Under the pieces are notes generated by a model. It made no database searches and had not been told where the DNA came from. It worked only from the letters and a program-made list of their open reading frames with translations. Source: Vicugna vicugna (Eukaryota). From it: a stretch of 64,000 nt of DNA. The translations under genes and the position numbers were made by a program. Numbering within the stretch: the first letter of the stretch is position 1; the number at the start of each line of letters is the position of its first letter. Where the stretch lies: NCBI GenBank assembly GCA_013265495.1, contig MU059758.1, forward strand, positions 5,661,067-5,725,066, written 5' to 3'. Of this stretch, positions 36,901-48,989 are shown piece by piece.

Positions 36901-37920
36901 AAGCTGGTACAAAGCAAGTCTAAACAAGGTGAAAGAGGTTGAAATCATGTAAGTGCATTATCTGAAAATAGTACCATTAAGCTCAAAATAAATGACAAAA
37001 TCATATTTAGAAAGTATTTTCAACTGAATGATAATGAAACTATACCTATCAAGACTTGTGGAATTTAGCTAATGCCAAATTTAGAGGGAGATACATAGTT
37101 TTAATGAAATATTTTAGGGAAGAAGAAAGCTAACAGTTAATGATCTGAGCATTCATTTCAAGAGGTTTGTTTGGATTTATTTTTAAATGTATGATTTATT
37201 TAGAAGTCAAAAAGCGATAAGCATTTAATAAAGTAAATACCCATTTATAATTTGTGGGAAAATTCTTAGCAAACTAGGAATTGGAGCAAACTTCCTTACC
37301 TCAGTAAAATGTATAACACACACAAGGTAAGCATCCTACTTTAGCACTTAAAGTATCAGATACTTTAACATTTGATAAACTATTGGAAGTTTTCCCCAGG
37401 TGATTGAGAACAAGACAAGTTATCTGCTATCAAAATATACTGCTCAATGTTGTGGTGAATGTCCCAGTCATTGCTGTAAGGAAAAAAATATATATAAGGA
37501 TTGTAAAAAAAGAGGTTTTACGTCTCACATTATTCAGCAATTACATAATTGTCAATAAAGAAATTCCAAAAATGTCTACAGATAAACTGTTAAAATTTTA
37601 AGTAAATTTAGGAAGATTTCTGGATGCAACGTCAATATTAAAAAATTAATTGTATTTATGTATATACATCAGTACAAAAAAATTAGAAAATGAACATTTA
37701 AAAATGATTCCACTTACAACTGCATCAAAAGTATCTTTTTAATTTGTTAATAAACTTAAAAAATTTGTAAAAGAAATTAAAGATGTAGTTAAATGGCAGG
37801 GCGTGACATGTTAATGGATAGAAAATCTCAGTTTGTAAAGATGTCAGTTTTCCCCAAATATATGGGTTTAATGCAGTCCCAGTTAAAATCTCAGCAGGTG
37901 TGTGTGTGTGTGTGTGTGTG
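33950..37920. repeat. 1,894 bp direct duplication (33950-35843 and 36027-37920) across a 183-N gap; probable false duplication
   Basis: Offset 2,077 bp. By eye I found one substitution (35292 T / 37369 C); the homopolymers I checked and the (GT)n tract have identical lengths. Confidence 0.95.
35821..35843. repeat. (GT)n microsatellite, also present in the duplicate at 37898-37920
   Basis: Seen directly; abuts the N gap. Confidence 0.95.
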
Positions 37921-38885
37921 AACTGAGAAGCTGACTCTAAAATTTATGGAAATACATGGGAAACAAATTCATGGAAAATAGAAAACTGCAACGTTGGGAG
38001 ATTGACATCCCCAGATCACAAGACCTCTGATTAAGTTAGAGTCATTAAGACAACGTGATGCTGATGCAAAGATCAACAAATAGTCCAGGGGAACAGACAG
38101 AGGGCCCAGAGCCAGACCCAAACGTACATGGACGCCCCAAGACACAGGTAGCTCCACTGAGTAGCGGGGAAGGGTGGTCTTTTTGTGAGTGTTGCTGGGT
38201 CAGATGTTCATGCAGAAGAAGGGCACTTGACCCTTATGTCATTCTATACACAAAAAATCAGCTCAAGGCGAAAACCATAAAGCCTCTAGAAAATAGTGCA
38301 GGAGAATTTGACGTAGGCAAAGAAATTCCTAACGCAGACGCAGACAGTGCTAACCCCAGAAAGAAGATGACTAAACTCTGCTATAGTAAAATTGGAAACT
38401 TCTTCCAACATGAGCCGCCAAGGGGAGTGTGAAAAAGTAGAGCAAGAAAAGACATTTGCAGCATATGTCACAGACACAGACTCCGTATCAAAGCAGACTT
38501 TTGAAAAAACTCTCAGGATGTTGAACATTCAGTCTGTCTGTGGCTGAGTGTTGAGGGAAGACGCTCTGGGGTTGACAGCTCTTCTTGACCCTGGGGTTTG
38601 CCTCCTGCTGCCTTGTTGATTTCCTGCCTCACCATCCACACTGGGTGCGGCTGGGACCCGCCCTGTCTTCCCCCATTGACCACATCCCATCTGACGCTGT
38701 TTCCTGTCTGTCTAACTCCAAGGGGTCTGTTGGTTTGTGCCCTCCTCCCTGTCCACCCTAAAAGGCTGGAGCCTCGATGTCCGTGGCCAAGCACTAGCCT
38801 GGGGTTCAACTCCATAACCCAGAAGCAGGGGTGATCGTAGTTTCTGCGCTGCCTGCTTTGCCAGAACTTGACGAGACAGACACTT

Positions 38886-39445
38886 TGAAAAGCATGACAG
38901 AGAACTATAGAACGTCGATTAAGGAAANNNNNNNNNNNNNNNNNNNNNNNNNNNNNNNNNNNNNNNNNNNNNNNNNNNNNNNNNNNNNNNNNNNNNNNNN
39001 NNNNNNNNNNNNNNNNNNNNNNNNNNNNNNNNNNNNNNNNNNNNNNNNNNNNNNNNNATATTTCACAGAACTAGAGCAAATCATAATAAAATTTATATGC
39101 AACCACAAAAGACCTAGAGTTGCCAAAACATTACTGAAGAAAAAGGGGCTGGAGGAATAACTCTCCCAGACTTCAGACAATACTACAGAGCTACAGTCAT
39201 CAAGACAGCATGGTGTTGGTACAAAAACAGACATATGGACCAATGGAACAGAATAGAGAGCCCAGAAATGAACCCACAAACTTTTGGTCAACTAATCTTC
39301 GACAAAGGAGGCAAGAACATACAATGGAATAAAGACAGTCTCTTCAGCAAACGGTGTTGGGAAAACTGGACAGCAGCATGTAAATCAGTGAAGCTAGAAC
39401 ACTCCCTCACACCATACACACACATACAAAAATAAACTCAAAATG
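38886..39445 (+). mobile_element. Young camelid L1 internal ORF2 fragment, truncated at both ends
   Basis: Translates to [20 protein letters not shown] and [38 protein letters not shown]. No 3' UTR or poly(A) follows. Confidence 0.9.
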
Positions 39446-40244
39446 AAAAGCACAACAGGAAAAGGAATGTAGCACACACCACAAGTGCACCACCGGGGAG
39501 GAAGTCTCCCTTTACAGCAACAGGGCTTGCTGCGGGTTACTCTGTAACAGAACAGACCTGAAGTTTCTGCCCTTGGAATCTTAGCTCATTTAATCACCAC
39601 CCACAAGCGAGAGGGATGCTAATCACAGTTTACAGGTGAGGCTCCCTGGAGTTCAAGGCTGGGAGTCCAGCAACGGGGGTCCAACACGGGGTGACCCACA
39701 GCCTCACCCTTTCTCTACCTGTGCGCCGGCAGCGGGGCAAATAACCCGCGTGACGCCCGCTCCCCACAGCTCCGGCTCGCAGGATGCGCTTAAAATGATA
39801 GCATTGTTTCCGTCATCTGCTTTCCGCCTCTTTGTCTGTTGCTTTTCTTGTTAGCCTTGCCATGCCCCAAACAGAAGCAGCTGATGAGCTGTGGACGGGA
39901 TCCTGAGACTTGTCCTGACACGCTCTCGTCCCGCGACTCGCTTCGATTCTTTCTCTCCCTCCTTTTTCACAGCTCAGTTTGGTCCCTGCTCAGCCGCCTT
40001 CTTTCAGAAGACAGTCCCAGCGTCCACGTGGGCGCCATCTCCTGGCATCCCGGGAAGAAGCAAATTCAAGTATTCTGCCGCAGGGTTTTCAGAGAAGTAG
40101 GCAGGGTGGTAGCTCAGTTAGATCCCAAGTTCTTTGTATCTTGGCAACTTTGTTTAAACTTACTGCAATACCCATGAGATGAAATTTGCACAATTATTTG
40201 TCTTTGTTTTCCAAAATGATGTTTATCTGAGGAGTTGAGCTTTT

Positions 40245-40405
40245 TAACATTTTTTTAAATTGAAGTATAGTTAATTTACGATGTTAGTGTCAGGTGTACA
40301 GCAAAGCGATTCAATTATACAAATACATACACACATAATTTTTTCTTTTCAGAGTCTTTTCCACTATAGGTTGTTACAAGAAATTGAATATAGTTCCCTG
40401 TGCTC
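40245..40405 (-). mobile_element. Camelid L1 3' tail
   Basis: aaattgaagtatagttaatttacgatgttagtgtcaggtgtacagcaaagcgattc...gttccctgtgctctacagtagg. Confidence 0.9.
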
Positions 40406-41689
40406 TACAGTAGGAACTTGCTGAGGAGTTGAGCTTTTAAAAAGTGGTTCAAATGTTGTAGAAAGAAGCAAGTGACGGTTAGATCAGGAGCGTGTAATTA
40501 ATAGGAACGTTTTGGACCAGGTGAGCACAGCAGTGATGTGGATGGAGGTTTAGTCCTCCTGGTCCCCAGCCCTCCCGGGGCAAAGCAGAACCCATCAGAC
40601 AGGTCGGGGTGGGGGCTCTCTTTCCAGTGCTGACATTGCCCCCCGAGCAATACGTTTCTTCATGGAATAGGGGGTGGGTGAGAAGGGCACCCTCTTTGGA
40701 GGTTCCTGCTCTCTTTCTCCAGGGGACACTTGGCCCAGCCATTCAAACAAAGCAACTTCTGGATGCTTGGAGGGGCCCAGGTAATCACCATGCAGACCTC
40801 TTCCCCCACAAAGCAACATGGAGAAGAAACCTTTTGGAGGGGAGGAGGCTTTGGAGGGAGAGCAGATCAACATGGTGTGGATGAAGAAAGAAACAGCCTC
40901 CAGAAAGGCTGCCCAGCAAGGTGGCTGGTCCCCGGACAGAGGCTCGGAGCCCTGCTTGTGCTGGGAGGTGGAGCAGAGTTGCCAGCCTCACGGGGCCCTG
41001 GGAAAGCTGGCCATCTGTCACCAGCGGATGGGATGAGGCTGGAAGGGCTGAGACCCCTCCTGCAGTTCCCGTCCCCACGAGGTGCAGGCTGGACAGGACG
41101 GAGGTGTGACCCGCCCTGCCACCACGTACTCCCTTGTGCCTGCAGCTTGTCACAGCTGAAGGAAGCAGACGAGCCCTACGCACCTCTGAAGCTCAGGGCT
41201 GTGGGGCTGAGACAGAGGCCATCCTTTGGGCCAATGCTGTGTCTGGGCCTCTGGGGCTTTGGGGCTAAATGAAAGCTTGTGATGAGTGCACAGCCGGCTG
41301 CGCTTCATGGGAGTTTCCAAAGGCATAACTTGGCCATTGTAGCTCATCCATGTCCCCAGGGAATTGAACACTGATGAATCAGGGCTTTTTTCTAGAAATG
41401 TGCTCTGGGAATTGCCCCTGACAGGTCTCTTCTGTCAGAGGGGCTGTGCACGAAGGCTGGAGCTCAGGGCCAGGACTGCAGTGTCCAGTCAAGAATGTCT
41501 TTTGCGAAGAACAGAACGGGGGCGTCGCTGGGGGGCAGGGTTCCGGGGAGATCTGTCCAGCAGGGGGCAGTGGAGGGGGTTCTGCGTGGAGGGAGGGATC
41601 TTTACCAAGCCTGTGTGCCCCGCGGCACAGTCCTTCTCCAGGAAGCTACGCTCAGGCTTGCAGAGGAACACACCGCAAGTTCCCATCTT

Positions 41690-41785
41690 TTGTCTCATTT
41701 AACCCACAGGACAGCCCTCGACCCTCTCTGTTCCATGGTGGGCAAACAAAGGCTCAGAGAGGTGTGACTTCCCCAAGGTTGTACT
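41690..41785 (-). mobile_element. MIR fragment
   Basis: ctcatttaacccacaggacagccct...ggctcagagaggtgtgacttccccaaggtt. Confidence 0.6.
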
Positions 41786-44700
41786 AAGTTTGAATGGCAT
41801 ATTAATAAGCTTGATTTATTAGATAACATTGACTTTTACTGACTTGTGCCACCTGCGTCAGGAAACAGGTGGCATCTTCAAACTAGGACATTTCAAGGAG
41901 GTTTCCTTACACAGACACTACGGATAAAGGTGTGGGTGAGCATATCTAATGCTTCCCATCAGCCAAGCTGCTACCCCCTGGGAAGAGGGGGAGTTGTCTG
42001 AGCCCAGAAGGAGGAGGCTGCACAGAGCAGTTGCCCACACAGGAGACACAGACATGTCTAGGCTGCCCCTCGGGGTGGAGGAAAGCGTTGAGGGAGCCCC
42101 TGGGACAAGCCCTGCCTTTGTCCTCCCAGCCCCCTCCCCAGTCTGCTGGACCACAGACCATCCCAAGCAGAAGCCCTGGGCACGGGACCCCTCGATGTGG
42201 TTCCTCTAGGTCAGCCCTGGGGCAGAGCATGGTGGAAAAGGCTGAGAAGCAAAACTTAGCCCAGACCCAGGACAGAAGATGGCCATTTGTTTGTCTGGAA
42301 AACATAAACAGACGAAGGCAGCTGAGAAGTTGACAGTGTTCCTCCCAAGGACGTGCTGAAACTGGGAGGTGTCAGAGCGACCTCCCCTCCCCTCACAGAC
42401 TGAAGGAACTCCGCTCTCCCAAATGCTAGTGGGACGGGAGGCACCCCGCTCAGGGACCTACGTCCCGGACACAGAGGAGCTGCAGGGGCGGAGTTTCAGA
42501 TGCTGGCATTCTAGACACGAATTTCATGGCTTCTTTCCTGTCTGATTTCCAAGAAATAGGACCCTGGACTCTGCAACCCAGACCTGGTCCAGGGAAGCCC
42601 AGTCCCGCTTTGCTCTGAGCTGTGAAAATGCTGCTGCCTGTCAGTTTCGCCTCAGCCCCACCTCCCCCCAGTCCTGAACCTGCTCCCCTCCTCCCCTTCC
42701 TGGTGAACGCCCCGAGGTTCTGTGTGCGTTCTCCCTCCGTGCAAGGAGCCCGGAGACCTGGCTTTATCGGATTCTGTGTCTGCCTGGGGCTTGGGCTTGG
42801 CGTGGACCGACGGAGGACTCTGGTCACCCGCCCTCCACTACAGTGTCAGGCGATGGTCGCATTGTTCAGGCACTGGTTTATAAGCCTCTCTCAAGCTTTC
42901 AGGAAAGAGCATGGGCTGCAATCCTAGTAGGTAGGCTGCTTTTCAGTCTGGATGATTCAGCACTTTTCTCTTTTTCATCAGAATTCTTGGTGGCGCTCCC
43001 TCTAATTTACGATTTTCTTCTTGTCTACCCTGCTGGGTATTCTGTGAGGCCTTTCATGTTGTGATGGACTTCTCCAGGCTCTCCACCCTCCAGGAGGAGG
43101 ACTTTTAGTCCTTGCAAAGCCAGTACTGAGTGTGGAGAGACATTGACAGATGGTGTGAGGCTGCACCAGGCACACCTGGAACACTGGGGACCCGACTCTC
43201 CCCCGTGGTGATGGCTGGTTTTGAGGTCAGCTGGGATGGCTTGCGTTTTCTGGATCCCTCAGAGGAAGTTCTCAGCTGCTTTTCTGGTTGAGAAATTGAG
43301 CAGCATCTCCTGCGCACACAGCTTTCTCAGCAAAACCCCGCTGACCAGAGGTGTAAAAATGTGTCCATCAGTGTCGGACCACGGGAGCAGAGGAAGGCAG
43401 CTGAGGCGCTGACAGTGTTCCTCCCAGGGACTTGCATTGTATGCCAGACTGAGACCAGTCTGCACGAATGTCTGTGTCTTGTCTGAGCCACGGTCTCACT
43501 GCTCACTGGACCCACCAGGGGGTCACCAGTCCCCTTCCTCCTTCTCTCTGTCAGGAGAACCCCACTCCAGGTGTGGCCGGTCTGTCTCACTGTGTGATCG
43601 AGGCTGGTGTCCTGAGGTTTGCAGATGCCCCCCCTCCCCTCACTCCTGCCCGCAGTCCCCCCAGGGGAGGACTCTGCCCCCATCGTGCCCTGGCCCAGCC
43701 CTCGTGACTCTTTATAGATTGGTGGGATCCTAACTCCTAAATGCTCCGGGGCCCCTGAGGCCCACCATTCAGACCCACTTCAGTAGCACCACTTCAGGCA
43801 TCGAGGTACCTACTCTGTTGAGCAGGTTGAAGCCCAGCTGATGACACAGCCAGGTGACAACTTTCAGCTTGGGAGTCACGGAGTGAAAACCCCTCCCTCT
43901 GCCCTCACTCCTGTCCCGGGGAGGGGGCTGGGCACCCCAAACCCCGAGAATGCGGGGCACAGCCAGACCTCTCGGGGTGGCCGTGAGTGGACAGGAGGCC
44001 CACGGTGCAGTGCTGACCTTCTCTGTGTGGATGGCGAGTTTCCGATGGAGGATTCATCCTACTTTCCCCGTCGGAGAGCCCTGCCCTTATTTTGAGCGAC
44101 TGAAGATGAGATGAAGCCGATTGTGAGATGACGACCCAGCGGGAGAGACTGGGGTGGGACGACTGACCCAGCGGCAGTGACTCACGGCCATGGCAGTAAC
44201 CCCTCTGGGTGTTCTTTTCCTTCCAAACAGCCCGCGACCCTGGGCAGCGGGCGTGGGGCCGCTTTCTCAGAAGCACAGAGTATGACAGAAAGTGCAGAGC
44301 GTCCGGCAGATCCTGGCTCTGGTGGCAGATGGGGATGATTTCTCCGGGTGCTGGTGGGCTCTGTCGAGTGAGGAGAATCCCTTTGGGGGCGTCTGTGAAC
44401 CCTGGGTGGGGTAAGGACTCCAGTCCCTAGGACAGCACCTGGCACCCAGCGGCCGCCTGGCGCCTCGTGGCTCTGCTGCTGTGACCCTCCATGTGGTCCC
44501 CCAGCCGCCAGCCTGAGGTTCAGGTGCTGTTTCCCTATCTGTCGTCGCGTCCATGCCTTGATTCCGGCTGCCTGACAGTCGGCATCCCCTCTGGTGACAG
44601 ACACAGCGTCTGGGAGCACTCTGGGAGGCTACAGATGGAACTGGAGTACAGTCAAGCAAGTTTCAGTGCGTCTGGGCTGGGAACTGACTTCATCTGTCTT

Positions 44701-45389
44701 TTTGGTCCAATCCCCGCTGCCCCCAGCCAACAGCTGTCAGTCAGCTATGCTGAGACCGAGCCCTGTGGGGAAGACTCCTCTCCGCTCTCCTCACACCCCA
44801 AGTCAGCACCTACCCTTGGTCGTGAACTAGCCGACCTCAGGGAAGCAGCCTCTGTGGCGGGGAGGACGGCGTCCTGCTGAGCATCCTTCTTGCCTGGATG
44901 GATTTAGACTCCCTGGGCACTCAGGCCGTGAGAACAAGACAACAGGGCTGTTTCTCAGGGGTGCGTGCCGGCTGGACCTCGGGAAAGGGTGTCCACACAC
45001 CACACGGCCCACTGCACACTCCTTCTGAGGTTGGCTGTGTACATCAGGGCGCTACTGCTCAAAGGAATAACAGTCCTGTGTTTGAATCTCTACCTGGAAA
45101 ACTAATTTGCTGAAGGCTTGGAATATTTTAAAATATGGTACGTGCCTCCCCCACCCCCAAACCCACCCCAAGGGAGTGTCGACCGCTGCCACCAGCCTAG
45201 CACTGGGGCCAGGAGGGCACGCCTGTGCGTTCTCTTGATGCGCTGCTCTTGTGAGTATCAACTCTCGGGATTCAGTTTCTTTCTGTCTTAGTAGAAGATC
45301 TGTCTCTGCTCTTGGCAGGGTACAGGGTCTCTTGCCCCAGCTGAGCTGAGGAGGCAACACTTTATCCTGAAGGTCATGGGGAACGATTC

Positions 45390-45850
45390 TAAGCTCAGGC
45401 TGGTCTGAGCAATAAGGAAGTTTATCATCTCACGTAAGCCAAATTCAGAGGGAGGGCGGGTCCAGGAACTCAAAGATGTCTCCACAGACCTGACTTCTGC
45501 CTGCTTCTCTGCTCTGCCAGCCTGTGAGCTTCAACCGAAGTCTTGCTTTCCTCGCCACCACAGGATGGCTGCCTGTGGCAAGCAGAGCATATGCTGTCCC
45601 CCCTACACCCCACAGTGGGTGTCAGGAGGAGGGGGGAGAGAGGCATGAGGAGGGAGAGGGGGAAAGAGAGGGAAGAGGGAGGCAGCCAGAGATAAAGAGA
45701 AGTTGGAGAGGAAGAGAGAGAGAAATTCTCTGCCAGGTGCAAACTCTTCCCAGTGAGTATCAGCCGGGAAGCCAGCTGTGTCCTCACAGCTGGTGCCCAG
45801 CCCTTAACCACGCCTGTGGGGTGGCTGTCTTTCTCAGTTCAGTTGTTTTA
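45390..45850 (-). mobile_element. Old MaLR LTR (MLT1J/K/L-like) with purine-rich insert
   Basis: ctcaggctggtctgagcaataaggaagtttatcatctcacgtaag...ctctgctctgccagcct...caggatggctgcc. Confidence 0.55.
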
Positions 45851-46439
45851 GATCTCACACAGGTAACAGCGCCTGTGACTCAGAACACATCCACCTCCTG
45901 AGGGCTCTGGGGCAGTGCCCCACACTCAGCCACGTGTGGTTCTGCCCTACACCCCAGGGATAAAGACCATGAACAGCCTCCTCCCCGACCCACCCCGTCG
46001 AGGCAGGAGCAGACTGTGGCTTCCTCTCTGGGTGTGGGAGCCGCCCGGTGAGGGGTTGTGCTCTGTGGACGAGGAGGGGCCAAGGGCATGAGGGAGAGGC
46101 CGAGGTGGGCAGTGGCCGTGGGAATGGAGAGCTGGGTGGACAAGAGAGATTCAGGGGAAACGGTGCGGCGAATGTGAGACCAGACACCTTGGGAAACATC
46201 AGCGTGTCCTTCTGCCACCAGAGGTCATGAAGAATCAGGACTGAGCCACTCACTGATGGGGACGACTTCCAGGACAAGGACATGGACCTCCGTGGGACGA
46301 CTTGTCTCAGATCCAGACAGTGAGACACAGACGTGCACTCACCTGTGTGTCCGCAGTTTACGTGGATCTGAACGTCCAGGTGGGAAAGCACACCTGTGCC
46401 CAGGTTCCCCTCCAGGCTCACATCCCCACCCAGGGGGTC

Positions 46440-46850
46440 CCGTCTCGAGGGGCACCTTGCCCGGGTGTCAACCCCACCACCAGGAAGAGGACGAGGAGGC
46501 AGATGGGTCAGGAGCGTCTAGACAGGAGTGGTGGGGACAAATCCCAAAGGGGGGCAGTCCCTGCTGCCCCATCTTAGCACCATGACTGACTCCCCACTCG
46601 CCAGCTGGGCCCAGGGAAGGGGGTTCCGGGCCCTGTGGCCCATGGCTGAGGGCGCGGGCAGAGCAGAGAGAGGGCCCTGTGAGGGGGAAGGGGATGCTGC
46701 TTTAGACCCCCAGAAAGGAACGCAGCCCTGCCACCTTCAGTTCAGCGCAGCGAGACCTCTGCTGGACTTCTGACCTGCAGAAACGTGACCCGGTAAACCT
46801 GTGGATTTCAAGCCACTGCATGCATGGTACGGGGCCCAGCAGCGGGGTCG
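46440..46850 (+). mobile_element. MaLR LTR (MLT1D/E/F-like)
   Basis: gcagccctgccaccttc...gagacctctgctggacttctgacctgcagaaacgtga...ttcaagccactgc. Confidence 0.6.
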
Positions 46851-47484
46851 GCAGTGGGCCCCCGAGCACCACGCCCCCGACGAGACGGAACTGCTGTCCA
46901 GGCTGCTTCCTGTGCTGTCTCGCTCCCTCGAGCGGCCCTCTTCCCCGTGGCCACTGCCGGCCACTTGAAATCCCGTGACTGCATGTTTGTGACCGTTTCT
47001 GAGCCTCAGGTAGGAGGGATTTTGCTCAAAGAACACCTTTGTCTTTGCAGCCCTCTTTCTGCCTGGTTTAGAGTTTTGGGCTTCAAGGCGCCCCTTCCAG
47101 GGGACTGACCTCACACTGTCACCTTGTGTTAGGATTTGCCCTGTTGCTCAGTTAAAGCTGTCTGCTTGCTTGTGTAGCGTCTGTTCCCCTGGCTGGTGGC
47201 GCCTGGGGTGCGGAACGGGAGCGCAGCCTGCGTGTTCCAGACGCGGCAGCTCCCCGCGCCCCCGTGCACAGCGGCCAGGACGGTTGGAGGTGTTTGCTTG
47301 TCACAGCTGCCCCGGCCGCTGACTCTCTGTGGGAAGCACCGTCAGGGAAGGGTCTGAGTTCTGTAAGGTGTGGAGTCGTACACACGTCAAACTCTTGCTA
47401 AACCACGGTCAGTTACCGACGTGGGGATAGTTACTTCCTGGAGATTTTTCTTTTTCATGTTCTGGCAGCTTTGATTTCCTGTAT

Positions 47485-47665
47485 CTCTTTTTTTAAAGTT
47501 TTTTTTCATTGAACATGTAGTTGGTTCACAATGTTGGGTTAATTTCTGGTGTGCAGCATAGTGATTCAGTCACACACACACACACACACACATATATTCC
47601 TTTTCGTGTTCTTTCTAGGCCATTACAAGGTATTAAAACTAGTTCCCTGTGCTGTCCCATGAGAC
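47485..47665 (-). mobile_element. Camelid L1 3' tail with (CA)n at 47571-47592
   Basis: ttgaacatgtagttggttcacaatgttgggttaatttctggtgtgcagcatagtgattcag. Confidence 0.85.
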
Positions 47666-48989
47666 CTTGCTCCCGTGAGCGTGTTCCATCACCCCATCGT
47701 TCTGGACCGAAGCTTCCTGAGACAGATCAGAGTCCTCCAGGTGTGGTCTCAGCCGAGCCTCCGGGCCGTGAGGTCAGGCTTCTCTTCACAATGATGCCTT
47801 GTTCTTACCTGGCGCACAGAGGCGTGCGCACATGCACTCGCTCGCTCCCTCCCGAAAGCTGATTACCGGCTCCTTCAGGAAGCAGAGAACTGCCAGCCAA
47901 GCACCCCCCCCCATATTTTTTCAAGAAACCCACTAAATAGTACAATGTGTATCTAGCAGAAGCTAATCCTCTCACCTTAACAATTTAGAGCTCCTTTACT
48001 CTTGGGTCTCAAAGTACAGGTGGAAACTTGAGTTTATCTTTATAACACCGCCCCCCCACCCCGGGAATAGCACCCCGGCTTTTGAAGGGGACCCGTTTAG
48101 TTTCAATGTAAGGTAGGAAGCTTTGGGGAAAAGATCCCCCGAGCGGGCAGGATTTTGAAAGTGTCTCCAGAGTGACATCCCTGAAAGTGTGTTCAGAAAT
48201 GCAGCCGTTAGAACGGCATTTGTCCAAAAGATTCAGTGATTCCTGGCAAATATCAGGTGATGGGCAAATACCAGGCTTCCTGACTCTGAGGGTGTTCTGG
48301 AGTCGGGGTAGCTGACCACTTAACAGGACCCAGAAGTGTGCAGCCAGCGGCCTGGAGGGCGCGTGGAGGAGGACTGGGACTTGCACAGCCATTTGCAGCA
48401 CAAGCTGAGGCGTCTGAGCTCAGCCTGGAGTGGGTGACACTGAACTTCTAAGGTTAGGACATAGTGAGAAAATTGCTGATGTAAATTCTGGCAGAAAACC
48501 TGAACTTGGCTGTCTTTCCTCTGGGTGTGAGGGCCGCCTGACTGTTGACTGACACCTGGACCGCATGCCAGATGTCCCCACAGAGTGAAAAACACCTGTT
48601 TCTGGGCTCCCTCGTTTGTCCTGCTGACACAGGAACACGACTGTCACTCGCGGAAGTCTTCCAGAGGGGCGCTTATTAGGATGAAGGACCCCTTGGAGGA
48701 CACTTGAGAATGCCCCTCCTCACCAGACAAGGTCACCTGCCAGACGCCAGCATGGCATTTAGTCTGAAAATGGCTCAGGCCGACTGGATTTAGCCCTCAC
48801 GTCTTGGACTTTCAGGTACCTTTGCCTGATGAGCAAGTAGAAAATACGATTTGCAGCTTCTTGTGAATTTACAGCATCGTGCGGTCGTGGGGAAAACCAG
48901 GGTCACTGGACAGGCTGAGGGTGGTGGGTTGCACCCCCACCAGCCGAGCTGTGTTGGAAGATGAGTCCCAGGAGAACCAGTCACTCCCA

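Larger units (their letters stand above)
33740..38560 (+). mobile_element. Ancient L1M (ORF1 to ORF2 3' remnants), containing the duplicated block
   Basis: Degenerate ORF1- and ORF2-type motifs in L1 order, e.g. gtattttcaactgaatgataatgaaac, aatatactgctcaatgttgtggtgaatg, gtttgtaaagatgtcagttttcccc. Confidence 0.85.

Noticed and set aside
34474-37601. Identical ORF pairs (34474/36551, 34502/36579, 35327/37404) suggesting a duplicated gene
   Set aside because: They are chance frames in a degenerate L1 repeated by the probable false duplication.
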